Positions 26,154 through 35,546 of a stretch of DNA of 64,000 nt are shown in pieces. Both the position numbers and the translations under genes were made by a program. Numbering within the stretch: position 1 is the stretch's first letter; the number at the start of each line of letters is the position of its first letter. The stretch comes from Candidatus Omnitrophota bacterium (GTDB lineage Bacteria > Omnitrophota > Gorgyraeia > JACQQV01). The stretch is from positions 9,176-73,175 of the forward strand of contig JACQQV010000012.1 in NCBI GenBank assembly GCA_016206785.1. The letters are read 5' to 3'. The notes under the pieces were generated by a model, which ran no database searches, was not told the origin of the DNA, and was given only the letters and a program-made list of their open reading frames with translations.

Positions 26154-27709
26154 TTTGCAAATTCCACGGCCCGCGTCTCCCGGACGACGGTCACTTTGAT
26201 CTGGCCCGGAAATTCGATCTCCCCTTCGACCCGTTTACGGATATCACGGGCGAGCGCAATCGCCTCCAGATCGTTCACCTGCTCGGGATTTACGATAATG
26301 CGGATTTCACGACCCGCCTGGATTGCAAAAGATCTCTCGACCCCTTTAAAGGAATTCGCGATCGACTCGAGCTGCTGGAGCCGACGGATATAGGCCTCCA
26401 GTGTTTCACCCCGCGCGCCGGGACGGCTCGCACTGATCGCATCCCCCGCTTGAATGAGAATCGCAAGCGTTGACTTAGGGTCAATCTCTCCATGATGGGC
26501 TTCAATCGCATTGGCGACAATCTCACTTTCTCCGAATTTTCGGGCGAGACTCCCACCGATGATGGCGTGTGTCCCCTCCACCTCCTGACTCACCGCCTTG
26601 CCGAGATCGTGAAGAAGCCCGATGCGTCTTGCTAAGTGGTAATCTTCCCCCAATTCCGCCGCCATCACTCCCATGAGATGCGCCACCTCTTTCAAATGTA
26701 CAAGGACATTCTGGCTGTAACTGGTGCGATACCGTAAACGCCCCAAAAGTTTTGTGATTTCCGGATGGACGTTCTGGCATCCGATTTCAAGGATCGCCTG
26801 TTCTCCCTCCTGCTTAATCTTTTCATCCATCTCCTGCTTCACACGGACGACTACCTCTTCAATCCGCGCCGGATGAATCCGTCCGTCGACAATGAGGCGC
26901 TCAAGGGCAAGCCGTGCAACTTCCCGACGGAGCATATCAAAACTGGAGAGGACGACCGATTCAGGAGTGTCATCAATCACCACATCAACGCCGGTAAGCG
27001 CCTCGAGTGCTCGGATATTCCGCCCCTCCTTGCCGATAATTCTTCCCTTCATCTCATCGTTTGGAAGATTGACGACGGTAATGGTCGACTCTGCCGTATA
27101 TTCTGCGGCGCAACGTCCGATGGCAAGGGCAAGAACCCTTTTCGCCTTGGAATCCGATTCCTCTTTGACCCGTTCCTCCATCTTCTGAATCAAAAGCTGT
27201 CCTTCCTGGGAGAGGTCTCCTTCCATCCTCTCCAAAAGAATCGCCTTCGCCTCCTCGGGAGAAAGGGAGGAGATGCGGGAAAGGCGGCTCTTCTCCTCGG
27301 AGATCAAAGTATCCAATTCTTGATTCCGCTTGTGAAGCACCGATGCTTTCTGTGAAAAGACTTTCTCGTTCTCGGTAAGTTCCTTTTCCTTTTTATCGAG
27401 GATCTCGACCTTCCGATCGATATTCTCCTCCCTCTGGAGAACCCGCTTCTCCAGGGTTAAAAGTTCTTGTCGGCGCTCTTCGGTTTCCTTTTCGAAATTT
27501 TCCCGCGACTGATAAAGAAGACGCTGCGCTTCTCGTTCGGCCTCTTTGAGAATCGTCTCGTTCTTTCTTTCCCCCTCTTCAAGAAGATCACGGACCTTTT
27601 TTTCGGCACTCTGAATCTTTCTTTCCGCCAGAAATCGCCGAGCGAAATAGCCGATAAGGAATAAAACGGCGCCTATCATGATTTGGACTATTAAAAAGGA
27701 TTGGGACAT
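26150..27709 (-). CDS. rny: ribonuclease Y
   Basis: N-terminal TM, coiled coil, KH ([14 protein letters not shown]), HD (LLHDLGK), RPGAR. Confidence 0.97.
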   Translation of the reverse strand: MSQSFLIVQIMIGAVLFLIGYFARRFLAERKIQSAEKKVRDLLEEGERKNETILKEAEREAQRLLYQSRENFEKETEERRQELLTLEKRVLQREENIDRKVEILDKKEKELTENEKVFSQKASVLHKRNQELDTLISEEKSRLSRISSLSPEEAKAILLERMEGDLSQEGQLLIQKMEERVKEESDSKAKRVLALAIGRCAAEYTAESTITVVNLPNDEMKGRIIGKEGRNIRALEALTGVDVVIDDTPESVVLSSFDMLRREVARLALERLIVDGRIHPARIEEVVVRVKQEMDEKIKQEGEQAILEIGCQNVHPEITKLLGRLRYRTSYSQNVLVHLKEVAHLMGVMAAELGEDYHLARRIGLLHDLGKAVSQEVEGTHAIIGGSLARKFGESEIVANAIEAHHGEIDPKSTLAILIQAGDAISASRPGARGETLEAYIRRLQQLESIANSFKGVERSFAIQAGREIRIIVNPEQVNDLEAIALARDIRKRVEGEIEFPGQIKVTVVRETRAVEFAK

Positions 27710-27737
27710 TTTTTCTTTCTCAAACGCGATGAAATGT

Positions 27738-28289
27738 TTATGCCGTGATCACGGCACTAACGGGGACATCCCGCAAGGAGGTAGGAAGTTTTATGACTCT
27801 CTGAAATCGAAATGCGAGTCCGATGAGAGGAATCCGCCCTTTGAAGCGCTTCAGAAACCGGTCGTAGTAGCCGCCGCCGCGGCCGAGGCGGTTTCCCTTC
27901 GCGTCAAACGCGATCCCCGGCACGACGACCAGATCAATCTCTCGAGAGGAGACAAGGCGCCTTCTCCCCGACCGCGGTTCCAGAATGCCAAAGCGTTGAG
28001 GAGAAAGATCCTTTTTGAAATCAAGAACTTCGGCCGGCCTTATCCTTCTTCCCTCAAGGCTCGGCACGACGACCCGTTTCCCAAGCCGGAGGGCCAACCG
28101 GATCATGCGATACGTGTCAACCTCCTCGGGAAGCGACACATAAAACATGACCGTGTGGGAGCGCCGGAATTCTCTTCTCTGAAAGAGCTTCTTTTCAATG
28201 GTGCGACTTTTTTGGAGCCGCGCTTTACGACTCTGCTTCTTCAAACGCTCAAGGAGTGAGCAACGGATTTCTGATTTAAGGGACCGCAT
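27738..28289 (-). CDS. 5-formyltetrahydrofolate cyclo-ligase
   Basis: [33 protein letters not shown]. Confidence 0.94.
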   Translation of the reverse strand: MRSLKSEIRCSLLERLKKQSRKARLQKSRTIEKKLFQRREFRRSHTVMFYVSLPEEVDTYRMIRLALRLGKRVVVPSLEGRRIRPAEVLDFKKDLSPQRFGILEPRSGRRRLVSSREIDLVVVPGIAFDAKGNRLGRGGGYYDRFLKRFKGRIPLIGLAFRFQRVIKLPTSLRDVPVSAVITA

Positions 28290-28741
28290 TAAATGTGAAA
28301 GGTGTAGCGATGTTCCATGAGTTCATCGAGGCCTAACCGCTTCACCTCTTCACACAGTTCCTTCAAGGAGGTTGCCTCTAAAACTTCCTTCATCCTTTGG
28401 GCAAGTTTCCCCCACACCAGATTCACGATCGGGTGAAGTCCATTTTTGCCATTCTGGATCTTCCCATCGTAAAGGGATTCAAGCCCATTTTCCAAGGTCC
28501 TCACAATCTCCCCGATCGTGATCGCCTCAGGCGGTTTCGCCAACCGGTATCCTCCCTTCGGCCCCCGCTCCGCCCCCACGAGTCCTTTTTTCTTAAGGCG
28601 ATTCAAGATCTGCTCAAGATAAGGAAGCGAGATCTTCTCTTTCTCAGCGATACTCGAGACAGAAATGGGGCCTTGCGGATACCGGAGGGCAAGCGCATAC
28701 ATCGCCAAAAGGCCGTAAGTCGATCGGGCTGAGAGTTTCAT
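28289..28741 (-). CDS. Rrf2 family transcriptional regulator (lacks the IscR Cys triad)
   Basis: MKLSARSTYGL, ISLPYLEQIL, RGPKGGYRLAK; only one Cys. Confidence 0.9.
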   Translation of the reverse strand: MKLSARSTYGLLAMYALALRYPQGPISVSSIAEKEKISLPYLEQILNRLKKKGLVGAERGPKGGYRLAKPPEAITIGEIVRTLENGLESLYDGKIQNGKNGLHPIVNLVWGKLAQRMKEVLEATSLKELCEEVKRLGLDELMEHRYTFHI

Positions 28742-28751
28742 CGCGAAAATG

Positions 28752-28785
28752 AGTGTAGCAAATTCCTACTATTTTTGTCAAGAAT
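28752..28785 (-). promoter_or_regulatory. promoter with overlapping Rrf2/IscR-type operator
   Basis: TTGACA-18 nt-TACACT (TG extended); imperfect palindrome ATTCTTGACAAAAATAGTAGGAAT covers -35. Confidence 0.55.
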
Positions 28786-28791
28786 AAATTC

Positions 28792-28831
28792 CCTGCCTGC
28801 CGCCTGCCTGTCGGCAGACAGGGCAGGCAGG
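28792..28831. repeat. nested CCTGCCTG..CAGGCAGG REP-like palindrome
   Basis: outer cctgcctgcc/ggcaggcagg enclosing inner cctgcctgtcggcagacagg. Confidence 0.7.
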
Positions 28832-28967
28832 ATACTTGTTAATCGACACAATATGTTGTTTTTGTCTCTTGTCTTAAGACCCCTTGTAAGGTATACTTTT
28901 ATGTTAAATTAGGTAAAAAGTAAGGACTATTTTTTATGCCCTGTAAGTTACATATTGGCAATAAGTT

Positions 28968-31900
28968 ATGAGAAGAGTCACTTCATTCCTCACCATTGAG
29001 TTCTTCCTTATATGTAGCCTCGGCGCTGATCCCGCTATAGCGCAATCTTCTTTCCCTCCCCAGGGCGGGCGAACCGGCCAACCCGTAAACAGGTTAACCC
29101 TTTCAGTCCAGACACACCTTCGACCCCCCTCCGGAATAGCCTCTTCCAAAGAAATTCAATCCGCTCTGGACGGGGGCGAAAAAAAGACCCCTCCCTCTTA
29201 CAGGCGAAGGACCGATGAGGAGGTAAAAATCGCGTATCTTTTTACACGCTTCGATACCCTGCATGGAGAAATCGACCGCGTCACCACACTCCTCACCCGT
29301 CTCAAAGGGAAAGTGACGGAGGAAGAAGAAGGAAGGATGCAACTTGAGTTTACCCGCCTCCTTGAAACGCTTAAAGCCCTTTCCAAGGAACTGCCCCCAA
29401 TGGATACTCTCCCAAAAGAGTTTACGGCCCTACAGGCAAAGAATAAGGAACTTGCAAAAGAAAGCCGGGCCCTCCGTCAAGAAATTTTGAAAGCGCATGA
29501 GAGAAAAGAGGACGATCGCCTCACGCAACTCAATACGGAGATCACGCAAAAACTGTGGCTTCGCTCCTGGATAGAACTGGAACTTGCTTATTCCTTCTTC
29601 ACCGATAAAAAGAACCCCACCGCTGCCCTCGCGCTTTTGATCGGCGTACGAAACAGAATGGCTGACCTCCAGACAGAATATTGGTGGCGCCGTGTCCGTA
29701 AGGTGATCGGCCAAAAGATTACCCACGAGATGCTAGAGGATTGGTTCAAAATCCCCGTAGAGGTCACTTATGTCGGTGATTACGACATCAAACTCTCAGA
29801 GAAGGGGGAGGTAACAATCTACAGAAGACATTGGAGAAAGCGAACTATCCCGACGGCCGGTGGGGAAATGGTTTCAGTGAATGAGCCTGAGGTTACCGCC
29901 TTCAAATTCCAAGATATGCCCACAGCGCTCCGGAGCGAAATTCATATTGTCATGAGTCAGGGAGAAGCCTATCGGGGGGTGTTACACGCCTTAAGTAATC
30001 TACAACATCTCCTTCTCCGGATGAAACAACAGAAGGAAAAAAGGGAGGCGATGCCTAAGAAGGAACTCCAGGCGGCCTTAGAGATCACCTACACGTGGGC
30101 CCATCGAGGGATTGCAAGTGATTTAAGAAGACGGGCCCTCCCGGACCTGGAAAACGGAGCGGCATATCTTGAGAAAGAATTGTACGAGGATGCGATGGCG
30201 GCGCTCGAGAGGGCAAAACAGAAGTTGCGTCACGCTCTCAAACGACAGGAAACAACGGGTGAGAGAACACGCGCCAGGGCTCTTGTCTTCCTCAATGAAT
30301 GGCGTTTTCTCCTTGAAAACCGGGAAAGACTCGTCGCCGGAGTCAAGGAGGCACTAGAACACGCTCATCCAAAAAATCCACTCGAATTCATACGTCGACT
30401 TGAAACCCTCAGGCAAGGGGTCTTCCGCACAAAACCGAGACTTTTAGCGCTTCAAGAGGTCTACAACCGTTTCAACCAGACGTTTGTCCTCCTTAGAAGA
30501 GCCTCGGAACTCTTAGCAAAAAAGGAAAGGGCGCCGAAAGAAGAAAGGCAGATCTATTCGCTCTCCAATGCTGCGAAAAAGAACCTAAGACTCATGCTAG
30601 GGGATCTTGAAAGGGATCAGAATAGAAAAACAGCCCGTGACGGGGCGGAGCAGAAGGAGGTATCCCCAGAAGTCCTTGCGTTCCAGGAGACCCTTGAAAT
30701 AGAATTCGCAGCACTTCTTGAAAAATGGGAGAAGGATGATGTGGAAAATCTTCCGGAGCATCTTGAAGAATGGGAGGCCTGGCTGGGCATCCAGAAGGAA
30801 AGATTCATCCGTTGGGGAAGGGGAAAGGTCATACCCCACTCCCCGCAGGCAGTGGCACTCCAACCACTCGTGGAGAAGTTCCTGGAACTGACCGATCGAG
30901 CCAAAACTCTTTTTGAAGCCCATCTTCTGGATGTGAAGGATATTGTTGGCCTTTCCTACATTCAGGCCGGAAATTTCTACCACTTCCTCCTGGAAGAGAC
31001 CGACCGCGCGGTCGAACTCTACGCCAAGGCCCCGGAAGAGCTCCGTCAGGACTATTTCGCAAGAGATGTCTTTTACGGGATCCGCCGCGCCTATGAAGCG
31101 CAGAAGGCCCGCGATGGCGGAAGGCGCGTTCCTCTTCCGGAATTCATGGCCGCTTATGAACGACTTTCACAAAGTGGAAAACCGCCCGATACCAAAATGC
31201 TTTCTGAAGCTCTGGGGATGTCGGCAAGCGCGGTAAGGCAACGGACAAACCGCCTCGGATTGAAACGATCCGGCGTACCGGTAAGCAACAAGGAATTCCA
31301 AAAAGCGTACCGCCTTTTGACAAAAGAGCTGAAACGGCCGCCTACCAAAGAAGAAATCGCTTCACATCTTGTCGACATTACTCCGGATGCAGCGAGAGAC
31401 CGGGCGCGGCATCGGGGTCTCAGACTTTCCAACCATAAAACAACGGAGATCGAATTCCGGAGTGCCTACCGACGCCTTCAACGCCGGCTCAAGAGAGCCC
31501 CGAACGCAGAGGAGATTGCCAAATTTCTTGTTCGGGGATCTGAAAAGCATATCCGGCACCGCAGTCATGTACTTGGCCTTGAATTGACTTCCATGCCCCT
31601 CGCCAGCCCTCTTTCGCGCTACCGAGATGGCCTCACCGACGAAGTTCCTCCGGACCACATTGCGCAACTGCGGCGAGCTTCGCGCGGCGCTCTTGCTCTT
31701 TCCCTTGCTGACGCCGAACTCGAAGGCTTCCCAGCATCCCTCGGAGAAGTGGGAAGTAAGGTCGTTGTTCATTTTGAACGGGTCAGAGGGAAGACGCGGG
31801 ATCTCATCGTCACTTTTAGACCGGTCCTCTCAGACGAAACGACAGAACCGCCGCATGCGATGCGTCGCCTTATCATCCGCGACGGAAGGATAAGGGTGGA

Positions 31901-33764
31901 GAAAAATCTCAACGGTCCGAATGCACTCCATGACCTCCGGCGGCTTCGGGCAAGGGGGATCAACTTTGATGCTCTTCCCCAATATGTCCGGAGAAACAGC
32001 CCTTCGGATGCCCTTTTAAAAGTGATGCTTTTTGAACAAAGGGGGTTTCTTCCGCTTTGGAGCTGGTTCCAATATTCGCCTACAACGATTCAAAAGCGCC
32101 TGAATGCCATCAGGCCGAACACATTACAGCGACTGTTGAATGCTGCAGAAAGAAAAGAAGAAGAACTCTCACAAAGAAGTACCGCGTTCAATGACAACAT
32201 TCCTTCTCTCTTTAAAGAGGGGGAGACCCCAGCCCAACTTGAGAAGATCGCCCTGCACGTTCCCTCCAAGAAGGATCCAAGACGGATCCTCAGGGAGTTC
32301 GAGCGCTTAGAAACCGCCTCCCTCGGAACGCACCTGATGCACCAAAGAAGAGGAATGCTCATTCCTTATAAGCAGATTCTCCGGGAACTGCCGGGGTTAT
32401 ATCTTATCGATTCTGAGCCCCTGCTCAAACGGGCCCTGGGAATTCTAGGGCACTATGGTTTTATTCTTTTGTATCAGAATGGCGGTGTGATGGTCCTTGA
32501 CACCCCTTTCCCAGCGAATACAGGGAATTATCCCTCTGCTTCCGCCCGCGACGGGGCCGATCGGCAAGCGGATGTACTCACCCGCCAACTCGAAGAAAAA
32601 TTTGGCCAGGGTCTTGAGAGAGGGGATGAAACAGTTATTCAAGATATCGTTACCTATCGCGACTCACTTCCACCAAGCACACCCACACGACAACTCCTTT
32701 ACGAGTGGCTACAACATCATGAATCGGCACTCGCTGCAAAGGCGATCGCAGCCATGGGACTCAATTGGCCAGGGGTTGTGTCGAAACTCCTTGATGTCAT
32801 CGAAGGAAAACGGGATGGAAACCCCCACGCAGCAGCACGACAACTTGATGAACTCGTAAGTGAAGGAAGGTATGGGGGACTCGTGGCACCCTTAGAAGTG
32901 ATTGAAGAAGCGAAAGATGTGTGGCACCGCCATTCAGGATTCTCAAAGCTTCTTGCACCTATCAAATTTCCCTCCTTTCCAACTCCTCTTTCTGAAAAAC
33001 CGGGTGTCCTTGTCCTTGTGCGTCACGGCGAAACCACCTGGAGTGAAGCGGTCCTCAATAAATGGGCTGGATGGCACGACGCGAAGGTGACTGAGAAAGG
33101 GCGAAAAGAGGCTTATGAAGCGGGAGAAAGAATCAAGGTAGAAGGCCTTCATTTCGATCAAGCCTACTCTTCAGACTTGTCGCGTGCGGAACAAACTCTC
33201 CTCCAAGCCCTTGCGGCGGTCGGACAAACCGACATACCGATTGTCCACGATAAGACCCTCCGTGAACGGAATTATGGAGATATGATCGGTTGGAACCGGA
33301 AGGATGTAGAAAGGATATTCGGACAAGATGTGTTAAAACGATGGCGACGCGGCTATTCTGGAAATGCCATCCGTCCGCCGGGCGGCGAAAATCTCGCGGA
33401 TGTGCAAGAGCGAACAGTCCCTTTCTTAGTTGAGCACATCCTTCGTGATGTGGCTGAAGGGAAAAATGTCATTGTCTCCGCACATGGAAACAGTCTCCGC
33501 TCTATCCTTGTGTCTCTTCGAGAACAAACAGAAGGTCGCAAGCTCAGTGAAGAGGAAATTCTGTCCCTCGAGGTTCCTCTCTCAACACCAATTGTCATCA
33601 CGTTCGCCGCGGAGTGGTACCATCAAGAACTTTGGGTTGATCAAGAGAAAAGAGCTGAGGACGTTTTGGGCTTCTTAACCTCCACCCGCGACGGGGCCGA
33701 GCGGCAGGTGCGTCCCCTCCTCCGAGAAATTCCTCGTTTGGAACCAGCCCTCCTCAGCCCCTAA
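28968..33764 (+). CDS. large secreted-type modular protein with repeated RDG(A/G) linker motifs and C-terminal 2,3-BPG-dependent phosphoglycerate mutase domain
   Basis: 1598-aa ORF; signal peptide ending AIA-Q; five ALDGGE/ARDGAE/ARDGGR/ARDGAD/TRDGAE motifs; LVRHGE..GWHD..SDLSRA..ERNYG..GGE..AHGNSLR. Confidence 0.85.
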   Translation: MRRVTSFLTIEFFLICSLGADPAIAQSSFPPQGGRTGQPVNRLTLSVQTHLRPPSGIASSKEIQSALDGGEKKTPPSYRRRTDEEVKIAYLFTRFDTLHGEIDRVTTLLTRLKGKVTEEEEGRMQLEFTRLLETLKALSKELPPMDTLPKEFTALQAKNKELAKESRALRQEILKAHERKEDDRLTQLNTEITQKLWLRSWIELELAYSFFTDKKNPTAALALLIGVRNRMADLQTEYWWRRVRKVIGQKITHEMLEDWFKIPVEVTYVGDYDIKLSEKGEVTIYRRHWRKRTIPTAGGEMVSVNEPEVTAFKFQDMPTALRSEIHIVMSQGEAYRGVLHALSNLQHLLLRMKQQKEKREAMPKKELQAALEITYTWAHRGIASDLRRRALPDLENGAAYLEKELYEDAMAALERAKQKLRHALKRQETTGERTRARALVFLNEWRFLLENRERLVAGVKEALEHAHPKNPLEFIRRLETLRQGVFRTKPRLLALQEVYNRFNQTFVLLRRASELLAKKERAPKEERQIYSLSNAAKKNLRLMLGDLERDQNRKTARDGAEQKEVSPEVLAFQETLEIEFAALLEKWEKDDVENLPEHLEEWEAWLGIQKERFIRWGRGKVIPHSPQAVALQPLVEKFLELTDRAKTLFEAHLLDVKDIVGLSYIQAGNFYHFLLEETDRAVELYAKAPEELRQDYFARDVFYGIRRAYEAQKARDGGRRVPLPEFMAAYERLSQSGKPPDTKMLSEALGMSASAVRQRTNRLGLKRSGVPVSNKEFQKAYRLLTKELKRPPTKEEIASHLVDITPDAARDRARHRGLRLSNHKTTEIEFRSAYRRLQRRLKRAPNAEEIAKFLVRGSEKHIRHRSHVLGLELTSMPLASPLSRYRDGLTDEVPPDHIAQLRRASRGALALSLADAELEGFPASLGEVGSKVVVHFERVRGKTRDLIVTFRPVLSDETTEPPHAMRRLIIRDGRIRVEKNLNGPNALHDLRRLRARGINFDALPQYVRRNSPSDALLKVMLFEQRGFLPLWSWFQYSPTTIQKRLNAIRPNTLQRLLNAAERKEEELSQRSTAFNDNIPSLFKEGETPAQLEKIALHVPSKKDPRRILREFERLETASLGTHLMHQRRGMLIPYKQILRELPGLYLIDSEPLLKRALGILGHYGFILLYQNGGVMVLDTPFPANTGNYPSASARDGADRQADVLTRQLEEKFGQGLERGDETVIQDIVTYRDSLPPSTPTRQLLYEWLQHHESALAAKAIAAMGLNWPGVVSKLLDVIEGKRDGNPHAAARQLDELVSEGRYGGLVAPLEVIEEAKDVWHRHSGFSKLLAPIKFPSFPTPLSEKPGVLVLVRHGETTWSEAVLNKWAGWHDAKVTEKGRKEAYEAGERIKVEGLHFDQAYSSDLSRAEQTLLQALAAVGQTDIPIVHDKTLRERNYGDMIGWNRKDVERIFGQDVLKRWRRGYSGNAIRPPGGENLADVQERTVPFLVEHILRDVAEGKNVIVSAHGNSLRSILVSLREQTEGRKLSEEEILSLEVPLSTPIVITFAAEWYHQELWVDQEKRAEDVLGFLTSTRDGAERQVRPLLREIPRLEPALLSP

Positions 33765-33842
33765 TTTCTGGGTGACTTGCTTCCCCGTTTCCGTTTTGCT
33801 ATAGTAGGGTTACAGAACCCCACGAAAGGAGGGTAACTTATT

Positions 33843-34469
33843 ATGCCTGACCTCTATAGTAACGTACATCTTATCATCCGGTGGTTGCATGTCCTGGCGG
33901 GGATTGTCTGGATCGGGCACCTCTACTTTTTTAATTTCGTGAATGTACCCCTTCAGGGCACCTTGGATGATGCCACCAAGAAGTCGGTCAATCCGCAGTT
34001 ACTCCCGAGGGCCCTTTGGTGGTTTCGGTGGGGGGCTATGGTGACACTTTTGGCGGGGTTGATCCTCTTTGTGATGAATTACTTCTATGTAGGAGACGGC
34101 CGTTTCGGACCGACAAGCCTCCTTATCGACCCCTTGCTCGGACGGATCACGCACCGCGCGATGTGGATCTTCTTTGGGATGATCTTGGGGATTATTATGT
34201 GGTTTAATGTCTGGTTCGTCATCTGGCCGGCACAGAAAGCACTTCTTACAGGGAAGGTTCCCGCGGACAAGGCACCGGCTGTCCGCAAGCGGGCACTCCT
34301 TTTTTCAAGAACCAATACCTATCTCTCAGGACCGATGCTCTTCGGAATGCTCGCTCCGGCCCACTACGGGGCCATGAGTTTCCCTTCTTTGCTTTTAGCA
34401 ATTCTACTCGGGGTGATCGCTATCTGGGCGAGTATTCGATCTTCCGGTAAGGTGGGTAAACTAAAATAA
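33843..34469 (+). CDS. urate hydroxylase PuuD N-terminal-like (Urate_ox_N) membrane protein
   Basis: RWLHVLAGIVWIGHLYFFNF, ALWWFRWGA, IMWFNVWFVIWPAQK, SRTNTYLS.PM; AAAGGAGG RBS. Confidence 0.8.
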   Translation: MPDLYSNVHLIIRWLHVLAGIVWIGHLYFFNFVNVPLQGTLDDATKKSVNPQLLPRALWWFRWGAMVTLLAGLILFVMNYFYVGDGRFGPTSLLIDPLLGRITHRAMWIFFGMILGIIMWFNVWFVIWPAQKALLTGKVPADKAPAVRKRALLFSRTNTYLSGPMLFGMLAPAHYGAMSFPSLLLAILLGVIAIWASIRSSGKVGKLK

Positions 34470-34522
34470 GACCTAAGACTAAAGACACAAGACTCAGAGT
34501 CTTAGGTCTTGAGTCTTGAGCC
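34467..34522. repeat. inverted 7-nt periodic repeats between convergent genes (possible bidirectional terminator)
   Basis: taagacc taagact aaagaca caagact / gtcttag gtcttga gtcttga. Confidence 0.6.
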
Positions 34523-35029
34523 TCTCAATGCGTTCACAATTGTCTCGCCGAAGGCCTTTGCCGACTGGGGTCCGTCTCCGGTAATAATCCGGCCGTCGAC
34601 CTCTACCGGCTTTCCTGTGAAAATCGCTCCTCCCTGTTTTAAGAGTTCGCTCTCCTCTGAGAAACTGGTCGCCCGTTTCCCTTTAAGAAGCCCGGTTTTG
34701 GCAAGCGTCCCGGGCGCTGCGCAGATCGCTCCGATAATCCGCTCGCCGGTTTCCGCCTCGCGCACGAGCCTGTGTGCCTCAGGGTCGTTGAAATAGGCCC
34801 TTGAACCTTGCCCGCCGATAAAAACAATGGCATCAAAATCTGTGGCATGCACTTCTTTGAGAAGTGAGTCCACCTCTACCTCAAGGCCGAATTTCCCGAC
34901 CGCCTTTCCAGAGCGTGAAGAGACCACCGTTACCACAATTCCGGCCTGTTCAAAAATTTTCCGCGGTTCCGTATATTCCTCGTCCCGGAACTGCTCTGGG
35001 GCAATCACCATCAGAATCCGTTTACTCAT
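34502..35029 (-). CDS. DJ-1/PfpI family protein
   Basis: FRDEEY..P, FDAIVFIGGQG, AICAAP, LLKGKRAT, DGRIITGDGP. Confidence 0.92.
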   Translation of the reverse strand: MSKRILMVIAPEQFRDEEYTEPRKIFEQAGIVVTVVSSRSGKAVGKFGLEVEVDSLLKEVHATDFDAIVFIGGQGSRAYFNDPEAHRLVREAETGERIIGAICAAPGTLAKTGLLKGKRATSFSEESELLKQGGAIFTGKPVEVDGRIITGDGPQSAKAFGETIVNALRGSRLKT

Positions 35030-35147
35030 TGAGAACCTCTGGAAAGTAAAAATTTAAAACGCAAAAGTCAAAACCACAATTCAAAACTTAAAACTTCTGA
35101 ATTTTGAATTTCAATTTTGCCTTTTTCGTTTTACCTTTTGACTTTAC

Positions 35148-35546
35148 TTAGATTGGTTTCCTCCCCTGGAATCCTCCATCCAGGGTATGCCAGTATTGGA
35201 CCACGTCTTCCCCCTCTTTCCAACAAAGATAGATGAGCTGCCCTTCCCTCACGGAGAAAAAATCGACGAGGCCCTGATCCAAATCCTTCACCTGACATCC
35301 CATATCTTCCAATTCCTCGAGACACTTATTGAATTCTCCCGCCATGTCATTGAGAGAAGACATCTCCTTGGTCATGCCGGTATCGACCACGATCCCCTGA
35401 CGTGGCACACCGACAATTTCGAGAAGATCCATCTCCAGTTTCTGGGCCTCAATTTTCTCTCGCAACATTCGGAGCTTTTGAAGCAGTTCTCGGATGCGGG
35501 GGATGAGATGATTCGCTTCTGCTAAAGAAAAGATTTTCGGCTCCAT
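35148..35546 (-). CDS. DUF2203 family protein
   Basis: FSLAEAN.LIP, VKDLDQGLVDF, YLCWKEGE..YWH.LDGGFQGRKP. Confidence 0.85.
   Translation of the reverse strand: MEPKIFSLAEANHLIPRIRELLQKLRMLREKIEAQKLEMDLLEIVGVPRQGIVVDTGMTKEMSSLNDMAGEFNKCLEELEDMGCQVKDLDQGLVDFFSVREGQLIYLCWKEGEDVVQYWHTLDGGFQGRKPI

Noticed and set aside
28289-28967. 6S RNA expected upstream of 5-FCL
   Set aside because: Rrf2 CDS directly overlaps the 5-FCL start, and the intergenic region shows no ~180-nt rod-like pairing
31623-32819. Extra RDG triplets in the polyprotein (YRDGL 31623, IRDGR 31878, KRDGN 32811)
   Set aside because: They lack the small residue before and A/G after, and appear to lie within modules; not counted, although YRDGL right after the HTH repeats could be a degenerate site
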